Shown here: positions 42,258-51,469 of the stretch, one piece after another
Numbering within the stretch: the first letter of the stretch is position 1
How the letters are laid out: each line of letters opens with the position of its first letter
NCBI GenBank assembly: GCA_036267295.1
Contig: DATAWI010000008.1
Location: forward strand, 21,373 to 85,372
Direction of reading: 5' to 3'
DNA from: Acidobacteriaceae bacterium
GTDB lineage: Bacteria > Acidobacteriota > Terriglobia > Terriglobales > Acidobacteriaceae
Length of the DNA: 64,000 nucleotides
Notes under the pieces: model-generated
What the model was told of the DNA's origin: nothing
The model's input: the letters and a program-made list of their open reading frames with translations, nothing else
Database searches by the model: none
Translations under genes and position numbers: made by a program

Positions 42258-44815
42258 CGCGATGCACGCCGATCGAAATCGAGCGTTATCCGGCGGCGGA
42301 CGTATTGCAAGCCATCAGGAATTCCGGTGAACGTGAGGCGATACGAGCTGTTGCCGAGAGGCGTGTTGGTTCCACCCTCGATGGACGCGATCTTCCACGG
42401 AGTGTCGATCTCGAGCGAAGCTTCGGTGGCGACGTCGGCTTCGAGGGTAAGGCGATTGCCGTTGAGCGTCGCGGAAATGAGCTTGATCTGGCGGCTGGGT
42501 TCTCCGATGGCGGGGTGCGCGGCGGGCGCGACGACGCGCACGCCCCCGGAATAGAGGATGCGGAGGTGGACGGGCTGCTGCGCGAGGTCAAGCGTGGCCC
42601 TCGCCTGCTCATCCTCCGCCTGCGAGACCGGCGCAATGCGGCCATCGACTTGTGCGCGGAGGGCCGTCGCGCCCAGGGGAATCTCCGGCGCGAAGACGAT
42701 CTGCGGCGCGCCGCCCGATGCAGTGAACGTGGCGTCGATCTCTCCCGGATGCTGGTCGATCACCGCAGTCACGCTCGCCGCGCCGACGGGAATGTTGGCC
42801 AGCGTGACTTCCGGCCAGCGGGGATCGAGATGCGGAGAGAGAATAAGGCGATTGCCGGGAGCATCGACCTCGATGCCGAAGAGGCCGCGCAGGGTGGCGT
42901 GCAGGAAGCCGGCCGAGGACCAGGTTTGCTCCGGCACCGATTCGACCTGAGGATGGCAGAAATCGCCGGAGAAGAGTTCGTGCATGTGGCCGAGCGAATC
43001 GAATTGTAACCATGGCAGTAACGATTGCCAGATGGGCAGGGCGACCGCAGGGCGGCCATCGCGCCAGAAGGCTTCTGCCATGTCGGCCGTGAGCAGCGCG
43101 GAGACGCTGCCCGCGCCGTAGGAGTTGGGATCGTAGCCGGACGACTGGGCAGACATGCCGCGCGCTCCCCAGTCGGTCTCAAAGTCGGCGGAGGCGAGAC
43201 GATCGAGCGCGGCGTCTTCCTGCGCGGGCGTGAGCAGGCCGCGTCCCAGCAGATCCGGATGGCTGCGCTGGTCCGTCATCACAGCCCCATTCTCGGAGTA
43301 GCCCGCGATCCAGAAGGCGGATTTGGGATCCCAGTAGCGCGCGGTGAGCGTGCCGCGCGCTTTGATGGCGGCATCGGCTGCTGCACCGGCTTCGGCGGTG
43401 TGCGCGGTGGCCAGTGCGAGTTGCTGATAGGCCGTTGACGCATCGGCCCACGCAGCGGAGAGGCCGACGTCCTCGCGCATGCGGTCCTGCTCGTTGCCGC
43501 CTTCTTTGCCCGCGGGAATTTCGGGCAGGCCGGTTTGCGGGCTCACGATCGAGCGGCAGAAGCCATAGGCCGCGGCGATCTGCTCCCAGTGCGCGCGCAG
43601 GAAATCAAGATCGCCGGTGGCCGTGTAGTAGTTCGCGAGGGTGGTGAGGAAGTCGAAGGTGATGTCGACGTGAACGTAGAGATACGGGTATTTGCCCGCC
43701 CAGTCGATATGGCCCGCGCTCTGCGAGATTTCATGCCAGATCATGCCGTTGGATCGGTTCTGATACTGGAGGATGAAGGCCAGCTCGTCGCGCGCGCGCG
43801 CGAAGTCGCCCGTTGCCAGCAGCGCTTCCGTGGCGACGAGGCCGTCTCCGGCGAAGAACCAGGCATATTGCGGGCGGCGCATGCCGCGCGAGGGACCGTA
43901 ACCGGCAACGAAGCCGCAGCCAATCTTGTCGTTGCAGACCCATGCCTGATCGAGAGCGAGGCGCGACCAGGCAAGGGCGCGATTCAGCTCCGCATCGGGT
44001 GTCACGATGCGGATGCCGCGATGGACGACGGCCTGAATGTGGTCGTGCGCGGCGGCGCGCAGTTGCGGTTCCTGCTGCTCGAGCAGCCGCACGACGGAGC
44101 CTTCCGCGGCAGAGCCATCTTCGAGGGCCGCAAAGAACGCGGCATGGCCGTTCTCGGGATGAAGCACCATCGATTGCGCGAGGCTGGTGCGGAGCGTGGC
44201 GTTGACCAGCTCACTGTGCGCGGCAAGCTGCGGCGAGGCCATCACCGCGCGCGTCGCGGTGGTGCGCTCGGAAGTGACGAGGCCGTGGAGATCGTCGTTC
44301 CAGTGCAGCTCCTGTCCGCCGAGACCAGCCGGCCACATGAGCTCAAGCGCAGGGAGGAACGTAACGCGCAGATCGAGTGCGCGGCGTCCTTCCACGTCGT
44401 AGCTGAGGATGACGCCCGGCTGATCAAGCGGGACGAAGAGATGCTCACGCACGACGAAGTCGGGGCCGACGTAGGTACGCACGATTCCGTCAGGAGAATA
44501 ATCGATGCGGCGCAGGAGAGTATCCGCGTCGATGGCGGCGTCTTCGCCCTGCGGCAGGAACTGCACGCGGTAATCGGAGAAAAGCTGGAAGGGATAGGCC
44601 CACGCTTCGAGTCCCATGCCGGAGTAGCCCATGAGCAGCGCCCGCTGGCCATGCGCGGCGACGAAACGCGACGGCGCCACGGCTTCGGTGGAGAGCGTGA
44701 GCGAAGGCCCAGCAGGCGGATTTCGCGCCGCGGGGGTTTGCGCCGCGGCGCTGGCGCAGAACAGCAACGCAGTTGCGGGGAGAAGCAGCGCGACCCTGAG
44801 AAGCACAAAGTTCAC
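42254..44815 (-). CDS. (alpha/alpha)6 six-hairpin glycosidase, GDE_C/amylo-alpha-1,6-glucosidase-like
   Basis: In-frame GTG at 44815 overlaps the upstream stop (GTGA). Signal peptide VNFVLLRVALLLPATALLFCASAAAQ. It is a paralogue of the upstream gene (..AWFFAGDGLVA.., ..DWGARGMS..YDPNSYGAGSVSALLT..). The upstream 882 nt of track ORF 42254..45697 overlaps the neighbour out of frame and is spurious. Confidence 0.8.
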   Translation of the reverse strand: MNFVLLRVALLLPATALLFCASAAAQTPAARNPPAGPSLTLSTEAVAPSRFVAAHGQRALLMGYSGMGLEAWAYPFQLFSDYRVQFLPQGEDAAIDADTLLRRIDYSPDGIVRTYVGPDFVVREHLFVPLDQPGVILSYDVEGRRALDLRVTFLPALELMWPAGLGGQELHWNDDLHGLVTSERTTATRAVMASPQLAAHSELVNATLRTSLAQSMVLHPENGHAAFFAALEDGSAAEGSVVRLLEQQEPQLRAAAHDHIQAVVHRGIRIVTPDAELNRALAWSRLALDQAWVCNDKIGCGFVAGYGPSRGMRRPQYAWFFAGDGLVATEALLATGDFARARDELAFILQYQNRSNGMIWHEISQSAGHIDWAGKYPYLYVHVDITFDFLTTLANYYTATGDLDFLRAHWEQIAAAYGFCRSIVSPQTGLPEIPAGKEGGNEQDRMREDVGLSAAWADASTAYQQLALATAHTAEAGAAADAAIKARGTLTARYWDPKSAFWIAGYSENGAVMTDQRSHPDLLGRGLLTPAQEDAALDRLASADFETDWGARGMSAQSSGYDPNSYGAGSVSALLTADMAEAFWRDGRPAVALPIWQSLLPWLQFDSLGHMHELFSGDFCHPQVESVPEQTWSSAGFLHATLRGLFGIEVDAPGNRLILSPHLDPRWPEVTLANIPVGAASVTAVIDQHPGEIDATFTASGGAPQIVFAPEIPLGATALRAQVDGRIAPVSQAEDEQARATLDLAQQPVHLRILYSGGVRVVAPAAHPAIGEPSRQIKLISATLNGNRLTLEADVATEASLEIDTPWKIASIEGGTNTPLGNSSYRLTFTGIPDGLQYVRRRITLDFDRRASR

Positions 44816-47328
44816 CAGGTCAACGTTACCGTTTTTTCCGTGTAGCCCGCACCTTCCGGAAACTGCACCGTAAGCGTGCGCACGCCATCGGTGGCCGCGC
44901 CGAGATCGGCGTCGTGAGTGGCGAGCGCCGGCTGAGGAACGTTTTCGCGCACCGAGAGAGTCTGCGCGGTGCCGCCGGGTGCGGAAAGCCGGAACACAAG
45001 AGAGCGGCCCTGGTACTCGTCGGCGAGCACCTTGAGTTGATCGGTTTCGGCGCCCGCATCGGGAAGAGCTTCGGTGATGGCCGCCTCGACCGCAGGCAGC
45101 GGGATGGAAAGCTCGCCGTTCTTCAGCGCAGTCCCGGGAACGGCGGAGGCGAGGCGGACGGTGGGATCGCTCGAGCGCACGAGCAAACGCTGGCCGTTGC
45201 GCCGGATACTGACGTCGATGAATTTTTCGCCGAAAGGCAGGCGGCGAATGGTCGCCTGGTTCCACACGGCAGGCAGACTGGGCGTGACGGTGAGAGTGTG
45301 GTTGGGCACGTCCCACGCGAGTCCGAACAGGCCGCGCAGCGTGGGCGAAATGACCATGGCCGAGGACCAGAGCTGATGCGCCGTGCTGCGTCCGAGCACC
45401 TGATAAAAGCGGCCGGAGAGCAGTTCCGTCACGTCGCCGGGATCCTGAGCCCAGGTGAGGTTCGCGTTCTGCATCAGGTGCACGTAGGCGGAGAGCGGAT
45501 GTCCGGCGCGATATTCGGCCAGCGAGACCCATCCGGTGAAGAGCGGCCACACCGAGCCCTGGTGGTAGCTGATGGGATCGTAAAACGATGTGCGATCGCT
45601 GAGGTCGCGCGTCCCCCAGTCGGTGGAAATGTCGCTCGAGGCCCAGTTCTGCAGCATCGGCTCGGGGTGCGCCAGGGTTGTGTTTCCGTCCCACCACGCG
45701 ACACTGGGAAAGATCGTCGAAGTCGCGTCGCGCTGGCCGTTGCCATTCCAGCTGAACGCGTAGTCCTGGCTGTCGGGCAAATAGTACTCGGTCTCGATGG
45801 TCTTCGCGATGCGGTCGGCGCGCTGCTGGGCGGCGGTGGCCAGATCATCGTGGCCGGTCGCGCGGGCGAGATTGGCGAAGGCGAGGCTGGCCTGCTCGTC
45901 GAGCGCGGCCAGATAGATTTCCTGATGCGGCATCTCGGGGATCCACGACTCAACCCAGCCCGAGCCCTGGGAATTATCGTAGATGCCATCGCCGTCGGTG
46001 TCGTGGGAGGTTTCAAAGCTCCAGGCACGCTCCAGATTCGGCCACAGGGAGGTGACGAAGGCGCGATCGCCGCTGATGCGCAGGTAGTCATTGGCGGCCA
46101 TGGCGAAGAGCGGCGTGGAATCCGCGGCTGCCCACTCGTAGGGCAGCGCAGACCAGTCGACAAGCCCGGCGGTCTGCGAACGCTCGTGCATGATTTTGCC
46201 GTCGGCCCGCTGATGGAGGGCGAGGAACTGAAGTTCCTGGCGGGCGGCGTCGAAGCCGCCGTAGCTGTCGATGGCATAGAGAGACCACAGCGAGTCGCGA
46301 CCGAAGAACCAGCCGAAGCCAGGACGAGCCGCGTCACCGGAGCCCACGAATCCGGCGGTCAGGGCCTGCTGATCCGGGGCGGTCTGCACGCGCAGTTGGT
46401 CGATGGCAGTCTCCGCCCACGAGAACGCCGCGTTCAGATCGGGGTCGGGCGTCTCGATGGCGGTGTGGTGCCCGAGGAACGCGCGATAGTAGTCACGATT
46501 GGCGCGAAAGACAGCAGCGATCTGGGAGTCAAGCTGCGCGAGGGACTGTTCGAAGGCGGTTTTGGTGGTGTCCTGCGCGGAGTTGGCGACGGTCATGAGC
46601 AGCGGGTAGAGGCGGCCCGCGTCGCGCTTGGGATCGAAGTGCACGACAAACTGCAGCGGCCAGGAGCTGGCGCGTTCCTGATAGGGCGGCAGGATGCCGG
46701 AGTCCGCGTGCGGCATCGCGAGAGCAGCGGCATGATCGGGGAAATTGAGGTGCAGGATGTAGTAGCCCGACGTGCCCGTGGCGACCCATTCCGGCGAAGG
46801 GCGGTCGTCGGACTGCGCCGGCCACATGAGCTGCATCACCGGCGTGAAGCTGAAGGTGATGGTCATGGGACGAATGGCTTCGAACTGGTAGAGGACGAGC
46901 GCGCCGGAGTTGCCCTGCGGAGATTTGGGGGCAAGCATGATCTGGCGAATCGTGAAGTTGGCGTGCGAGTAAGTGAGGATGGTCTCGCTGGGCCGGACCT
47001 CGATGGCGGCGGCCAGCTGATTCACGTCGATGGGGACGGCATAGTCCTGCATATCGACGGAGAGATGCATGCCGCTCAGGATTTTCCAGGGAAAGAGCCA
47101 CGCTTCAAAGGAGCCGTTTTGTTGGCCGAGGATCGCGCCGCGCGGTCCGATCACGGAGAAGGGCGATTGCGGATCGGCGGTGCGGCTCAGGTTCATGGCA
47201 CTGGCGGGATCGAGAGGAAACGCAGAGGGAACGGGCAGGGCGGACTGCGCGCGGGCCATCGCCGCCATAGCGAATGTGGCGATGAGGAGGATGCCGCGCA
47301 TGCGGCTGCTTCCGGCGAGAGTGGCCAT
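44812..47328 (-). CDS. (alpha/alpha)6 six-hairpin glycosidase, GDE_C/amylo-alpha-1,6-glucosidase-like
   Basis: Start at MATLAGSSRMRGILLIATFAMAAMARAQS (ATG 47328, alternative 47301). ..GFGWFFGRDSLWS.., ..DWGTRDLS..YDPISYHQGSVWPLFTGW.. are typical for this fold. Confidence 0.8.
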   Translation of the reverse strand: MATLAGSSRMRGILLIATFAMAAMARAQSALPVPSAFPLDPASAMNLSRTADPQSPFSVIGPRGAILGQQNGSFEAWLFPWKILSGMHLSVDMQDYAVPIDVNQLAAAIEVRPSETILTYSHANFTIRQIMLAPKSPQGNSGALVLYQFEAIRPMTITFSFTPVMQLMWPAQSDDRPSPEWVATGTSGYYILHLNFPDHAAALAMPHADSGILPPYQERASSWPLQFVVHFDPKRDAGRLYPLLMTVANSAQDTTKTAFEQSLAQLDSQIAAVFRANRDYYRAFLGHHTAIETPDPDLNAAFSWAETAIDQLRVQTAPDQQALTAGFVGSGDAARPGFGWFFGRDSLWSLYAIDSYGGFDAARQELQFLALHQRADGKIMHERSQTAGLVDWSALPYEWAAADSTPLFAMAANDYLRISGDRAFVTSLWPNLERAWSFETSHDTDGDGIYDNSQGSGWVESWIPEMPHQEIYLAALDEQASLAFANLARATGHDDLATAAQQRADRIAKTIETEYYLPDSQDYAFSWNGNGQRDATSTIFPSVAWWDGNTTLAHPEPMLQNWASSDISTDWGTRDLSDRTSFYDPISYHQGSVWPLFTGWVSLAEYRAGHPLSAYVHLMQNANLTWAQDPGDVTELLSGRFYQVLGRSTAHQLWSSAMVISPTLRGLFGLAWDVPNHTLTVTPSLPAVWNQATIRRLPFGEKFIDVSIRRNGQRLLVRSSDPTVRLASAVPGTALKNGELSIPLPAVEAAITEALPDAGAETDQLKVLADEYQGRSLVFRLSAPGGTAQTLSVRENVPQPALATHDADLGAATDGVRTLTVQFPEGAGYTEKTVTLTW

Positions 47329-47486
47329 CGTGCGATGCGAACTGACCTGCGAACTGCGATACGGGCTGCGGCGAGAAGCCGTCACCAGCCCACCGCAGTT
47401 CCTGAACGGTACAACGCGGGTCTGCCACGAACCGGCGGTCACTGAATCTTATCCTCATTTTGAAATCGGTCTGCCGGAAAGTCGGG

Positions 47487-47518
47487 AGAGATGGCAAGCG
47501 CGACCGCTCGCCATCTCT
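47487..47518 (-). terminator. hairpin (terminator/attenuator candidate) between the TonB-receptor gene and the glycosidase genes
   Basis: 14-bp stem AGAGATGGC(A/G)AGCG with one mismatch and a 4-nt loop, 17 nt after the receptor stop. The downstream U-tract is weak (CCCGACUUUCC). Confidence 0.4.
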
Positions 47519-47534
47519 TCCGCGGAGGGAGGGC

Positions 47535-50500
47535 TCAGAACTGGAAGCGCCCGGCGAACTGCAGCCTTCGCATCGAGGTCCCGTCCTGTTCGGAGTACGT
47601 ACCCTGAATGTACCCCGCGTTGTTGCTGTCGCCGCAGTCGATGCAGCTGTTCGGGTTCCCGTAATTGGTGTGGTTGAAGATGTTGAACGCTTCCACCACC
47701 AATTGCATCTTCAGGTTCTCGAAAATCGAGAAGTTCTTGGCGAGCGTGGAGTCGACATTGAAGTACCCCGGTCCCCACAGGGCATCGCGTCCGATATTCC
47801 CAAAGCTATCGGCTGCCGGGCGGGCGTAGGCATTGAATGTGTTATCCGCCTGTCCCGGAGGCTGCAGGACGTAGGGCGAGCCCTTCAGATAAGGGACTCG
47901 ATGAAGGACAGGATCGAGACTGCCCTTGCTGATCCCGAAGCTCTTGCCAGGAACCTTGTTCAGGAAGCAGGCATTGTCATCCGCGGCAATGTCGTTGTCC
48001 TGGTTGCAGTCCTGATAGTTGGTGTTGAAGGGAACGCCGCCATCGACGGTCAGATTCGCGTTGAGCTGGAATCCGCCGATGACCTGGTTCATCCATCCGG
48101 GTACGTTGGAGCCGATCAGCTTTTGGCGGCCGAAGGGAAGGTCATAGTTCCCCGCAAAGACCCACGCCTGGCGCCGGTTGTAATAACCGTTGCCTCGCCC
48201 AATTCTCGGATCGACCAGGAACTGATACGACTCGTGTGTGATGTCGTGCGACCAGGTGTAGTGAGTCAGAAACTGCAGCCCGTTGTTGAAGCGCTTATTG
48301 AGGATGACTTGCAATGCATTGTAGCTACCCGTGGCCTGGTTGGCCATGTAGTCAATGCGTTGCGACCAGCCGTGGGGCACCCCATACTTAGCGCCCAACT
48401 GCATCTGCGCCGTGCCGTCATAGTAGGGAGCCCTCTGTGCCTCGGTATAGGCGCACTCCGGATTCGTGGCCAGCGTCAGGCCGGAGCACGATCCCCCCAT
48501 CGTCGTCATGTTGTTCGGGTTGACCTGGTTGAATCCTCGATAGGTGTCTTCGTTGGCGTTGTACGAAGGCGACGAATCGAACATGTTGTGATACGCCTCG
48601 CTGCCGACATACGCCACCTGGAGCGAAAGGGTCTTCGTCAACTCATGCTGCGCGGTGAGATTCCAACCCTCTACGGTGGGCAGCCGGACCCGGGTGGGCC
48701 GCGCAATCTGATAAATGCCGTCGGGAAGAACATAAGCGCCATTCGAAGGAATGGCGGGGAAAGTGTAGCCCGGGGGCCCGGGGGCAACACCATTCTCCGT
48801 TGAAGTCAGGTTGAAAACCGCGGCCGAGTTTGAGACCGGGTTGACTTCCTGTTCGACCTGGGTGGGGAACGAGGCCGTGAGCACATCGCCGAAGCTGTCA
48901 CCGGCCCAGCCTTGCCCGTAGACAATGCCGTAGCCGGCCCGCACCACGGTGTTCGGCCGAACTTGCCAGGCCACGCCGAGGCGGGGAGCAAACATTTTGT
49001 CGTTGTTTTTGACGTTGGCGGCGGAGTTGAATTCGCCCACGCCGGCGATGCCGAGAATGCCGGTGTTCAGGTTGAGCAACCCGCCTGCGCCCGATGCCGT
49101 GAGCGACTCCGGAGTGTAGAGTTCCCAACGCAAACCGTAGTCAAGGGTAATGTCGCGCGTGGCACGCCATTGATCCTGGACATAGAGGGCGGCGAGGTTT
49201 TCCTGCGATTTCGCGCTGGTGTTGGCCGTCTGGGTCCGCCAGAAGGTTGTCGTATCGCCAAGCAAAAATGTGGCGAAGCCCACGCCCGGGGACTGCGTGG
49301 TGCCGGTCACTCCCGAGGTGCGGGAGGACGCGAAGAAATAAGTACCCGAACGCAGGGCATTGCTGGCGATGCTGAGGCTGTGATCCTGGAGAAAGCGGTA
49401 GGCGCCTCCGAACTTGATGTTGTGGTTGCCCAGGGTGTGCGACCAGTTATTCACGATCTGATATTGAGATGTCTGCTGCAACGTAGGGTTCGCGGATGTT
49501 CCGTATTCGATATTCTGGCCGCCATTCGCCCCGTTAGCGGGAATGTCGATATTGAACTGCGGCAGGCCGCCGTCCAGAGCGAGGTTGCCGGTGTTGGCGT
49601 TGGGGATGCCGAGCGCGTTGCCCAGGGCCTGGTTGCCATTCGGGCCGGTGGTGTTGTTGTAGATGGTGTAGAAGCCGAAGCGGAAGTCTGTAAGCCACTT
49701 CGCGGAAAGGACGTAATCGCCACCGGAGGCAAGGCTGTTGTAGTGGAACGCATCCGTGCCGGCAAAGTCGCCCGAACCGAAGCCGAGGCCGCCGGCTGCG
49801 CCAAAGAACGGCGCCCCGCTAAGGTTGCCCTGGAAGTAGGTGTACCGGCTGAAGAGATGCAGCTTCTCCGTCGCCCGCCAGTCGACGCGCACGTCAGGCT
49901 GGTTGGTGTTGAACGCGCCGGAACCCGAGGCAGAATAGTTGTTTTCAACCCCGGTGCCGGCGTTGGGCGCGGGCAGAAGCTTGAAGAAGGCAACTGCGGC
50001 GGCGGACAGGTCCCCGGCAGGAATGACGTTCCCGGTAAAGGGCGTGCGGCCGGTATTGCTGGCGTCGTTGAGGGAATTCGGTTTGTAAATTTGGCCGACG
50101 GAAAGGTAGTCGCTCAGGTCGCACGGGCCGCCCGAAGTGCAGGTGGTTTCAGCCGTGAGCGTCGGAACGGTGGTCAACGTCGAGACGCCGGTCTTTTCGC
50201 GTAATCCCTGGTAGTCGACAAAGAAGAACAGCCGGTCCTTCATGACAGGACCGCCCACGGATCCGCCGAACTGGTTGTGCAGGGTGGGCGCCAGCGTGTT
50301 GTTCGGCGGCGCATTCGCGAAGGGATCGCGGGCCTGCTGGGCATCGGAGCGGCGATACTCGAACGCTGTGCCATGGAAATTGTTGCTGCCGGAACGGGTT
50401 TGCGCCGTGACGAGGCCGGCGACGGCTTTGCCGAACTCGGCGTCGTAGTTCTGCGCGGTCACTTTCATTTCGGAGACAGCGTCGAGGTTGGGGTTGATGA

Positions 50501-51185
50501 CGGCGACGCCATTGAGGGGATCCTGATTGTCAGTGCCGTCCAGTTCATAGCCGGTGGCGAAGGGGAGTTGGCCGTCGACCTCGATGGATTCGCTGCGCTG
50601 AGGATTGCCCCCGCCCTCGCCCGGTCCCCACCCGATGTAGGTGGTGCCGGGGGTGAGCAGCTCGAACGCGGTAAAGTTGCGGTTGAGGTTGGGCAGGTTT
50701 TCGACGGCGCGCTCGTTGAGGATGGTTGTGACATCGGCGCGATCCGTTTGCAGCAGCGGAGCGCCACCGGTCACCGTCACCGTGGTCCCCACCGAGCCAA
50801 CCGCAAGTTGCAGGTTCACTTCCGGAGCCGTGTCGGCGTAAACAACCACATTGTCGACCGCCTCTTTCGAGAATCCCCCGGCTTCCGCCTGCACGCGATA
50901 GGTATCTGGGATCAGGTGCTGGACGCGGTACTCGCCCGCGGCGTCCGCCTGGACCGTGACGGAAGTGCCCTTGGAGACGTCGGTCACTGTGATCGTCGAG
51001 TTGGGGATCACGGCATTCGATTTATCGGTCACCGTTCCGTAAATCGACCCGTAGACGGCCTGGGCGTGCGCGGCGAAAGAGCCGATCCAGACCCAGGCGG
51101 TGATCGCTGCGAATGCCAGCAGGATTCTGAAAGTCCACGACCGGCTGTCGGTCAATGAAATGTTTTCCTGATGATGCTTCTTCAT
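47535..51185 (-). CDS. TonB-dependent receptor-like outer-membrane barrel with CarboxypepD_reg N-domain
   Basis: ATG 51185 (MKKHHQENISL..; signal ..ITAWVWIGSFAAHAQA). The CarboxypepD_reg-like region is YGTVTDKSNAVIPNSTITVTDVSKGTSVTVQADAAGEYRVQHLIPDTYRV. The long beta-barrel ends in an aromatic ..RRLQFAGRFQF. Confidence 0.9.
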   Translation of the reverse strand: MKKHHQENISLTDSRSWTFRILLAFAAITAWVWIGSFAAHAQAVYGSIYGTVTDKSNAVIPNSTITVTDVSKGTSVTVQADAAGEYRVQHLIPDTYRVQAEAGGFSKEAVDNVVVYADTAPEVNLQLAVGSVGTTVTVTGGAPLLQTDRADVTTILNERAVENLPNLNRNFTAFELLTPGTTYIGWGPGEGGGNPQRSESIEVDGQLPFATGYELDGTDNQDPLNGVAVINPNLDAVSEMKVTAQNYDAEFGKAVAGLVTAQTRSGSNNFHGTAFEYRRSDAQQARDPFANAPPNNTLAPTLHNQFGGSVGGPVMKDRLFFFVDYQGLREKTGVSTLTTVPTLTAETTCTSGGPCDLSDYLSVGQIYKPNSLNDASNTGRTPFTGNVIPAGDLSAAAVAFFKLLPAPNAGTGVENNYSASGSGAFNTNQPDVRVDWRATEKLHLFSRYTYFQGNLSGAPFFGAAGGLGFGSGDFAGTDAFHYNSLASGGDYVLSAKWLTDFRFGFYTIYNNTTGPNGNQALGNALGIPNANTGNLALDGGLPQFNIDIPANGANGGQNIEYGTSANPTLQQTSQYQIVNNWSHTLGNHNIKFGGAYRFLQDHSLSIASNALRSGTYFFASSRTSGVTGTTQSPGVGFATFLLGDTTTFWRTQTANTSAKSQENLAALYVQDQWRATRDITLDYGLRWELYTPESLTASGAGGLLNLNTGILGIAGVGEFNSAANVKNNDKMFAPRLGVAWQVRPNTVVRAGYGIVYGQGWAGDSFGDVLTASFPTQVEQEVNPVSNSAAVFNLTSTENGVAPGPPGYTFPAIPSNGAYVLPDGIYQIARPTRVRLPTVEGWNLTAQHELTKTLSLQVAYVGSEAYHNMFDSSPSYNANEDTYRGFNQVNPNNMTTMGGSCSGLTLATNPECAYTEAQRAPYYDGTAQMQLGAKYGVPHGWSQRIDYMANQATGSYNALQVILNKRFNNGLQFLTHYTWSHDITHESYQFLVDPRIGRGNGYYNRRQAWVFAGNYDLPFGRQKLIGSNVPGWMNQVIGGFQLNANLTVDGGVPFNTNYQDCNQDNDIAADDNACFLNKVPGKSFGISKGSLDPVLHRVPYLKGSPYVLQPPGQADNTFNAYARPAADSFGNIGRDALWGPGYFNVDSTLAKNFSIFENLKMQLVVEAFNIFNHTNYGNPNSCIDCGDSNNAGYIQGTYSEQDGTSMRRLQFAGRFQF

Positions 51186-51425
51186 ACAGCACGCCTCCCG
51201 GCAAACTCTGAACCTTACGTTGGGGAAGCCGGCTGCCCTGGGACAGAGGCCGGACTTCCTGGTCGCACTGGCGAGCTCATCCTGTTCAGGCTCGCCCAAT
51301 TCGCTTCTACGGAAGAATCTCGCCCCCGAAAACCTGCTGGTGCTGGATGGGAAGGAGGCGGAACTCCAGCTATAGCCGTGGAGTATTCGCGCCCGCATAC
51401 AATGCTTACAAGGTGTTTTACGGTG

Positions 51426-51441
51426 ATTTGACGGGTCAAAT
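51426..51441. promoter_or_regulatory. inverted repeat ATTTGAC-GG-GTCAAAT containing a TTGAC -35-like element
   Basis: 7-bp perfect arms, 29 nt upstream of the ATG of the membrane-anchored regulator-like gene. CATACT lies 18 nt downstream of TTGACG. The site sits in the divergent region shared with the TonB-receptor operon. Confidence 0.3.
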
Positions 51442-51469
51442 CCCGTGGTGACATACTTCAGGCGGTTCA

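Noticed and set aside
44816-45697. 5' extension of ORF 42254..45697(-). The extensions of 8661..9536(+), 51186..51470(-), 5684..5809(+) and 34156..34248(+) are similar cases.
   Set aside because: The extensions overlap the neighbouring gene out of frame or run through intergenic repeats. Internal starts give proper signal peptides, SD sequences or start/stop overlaps.
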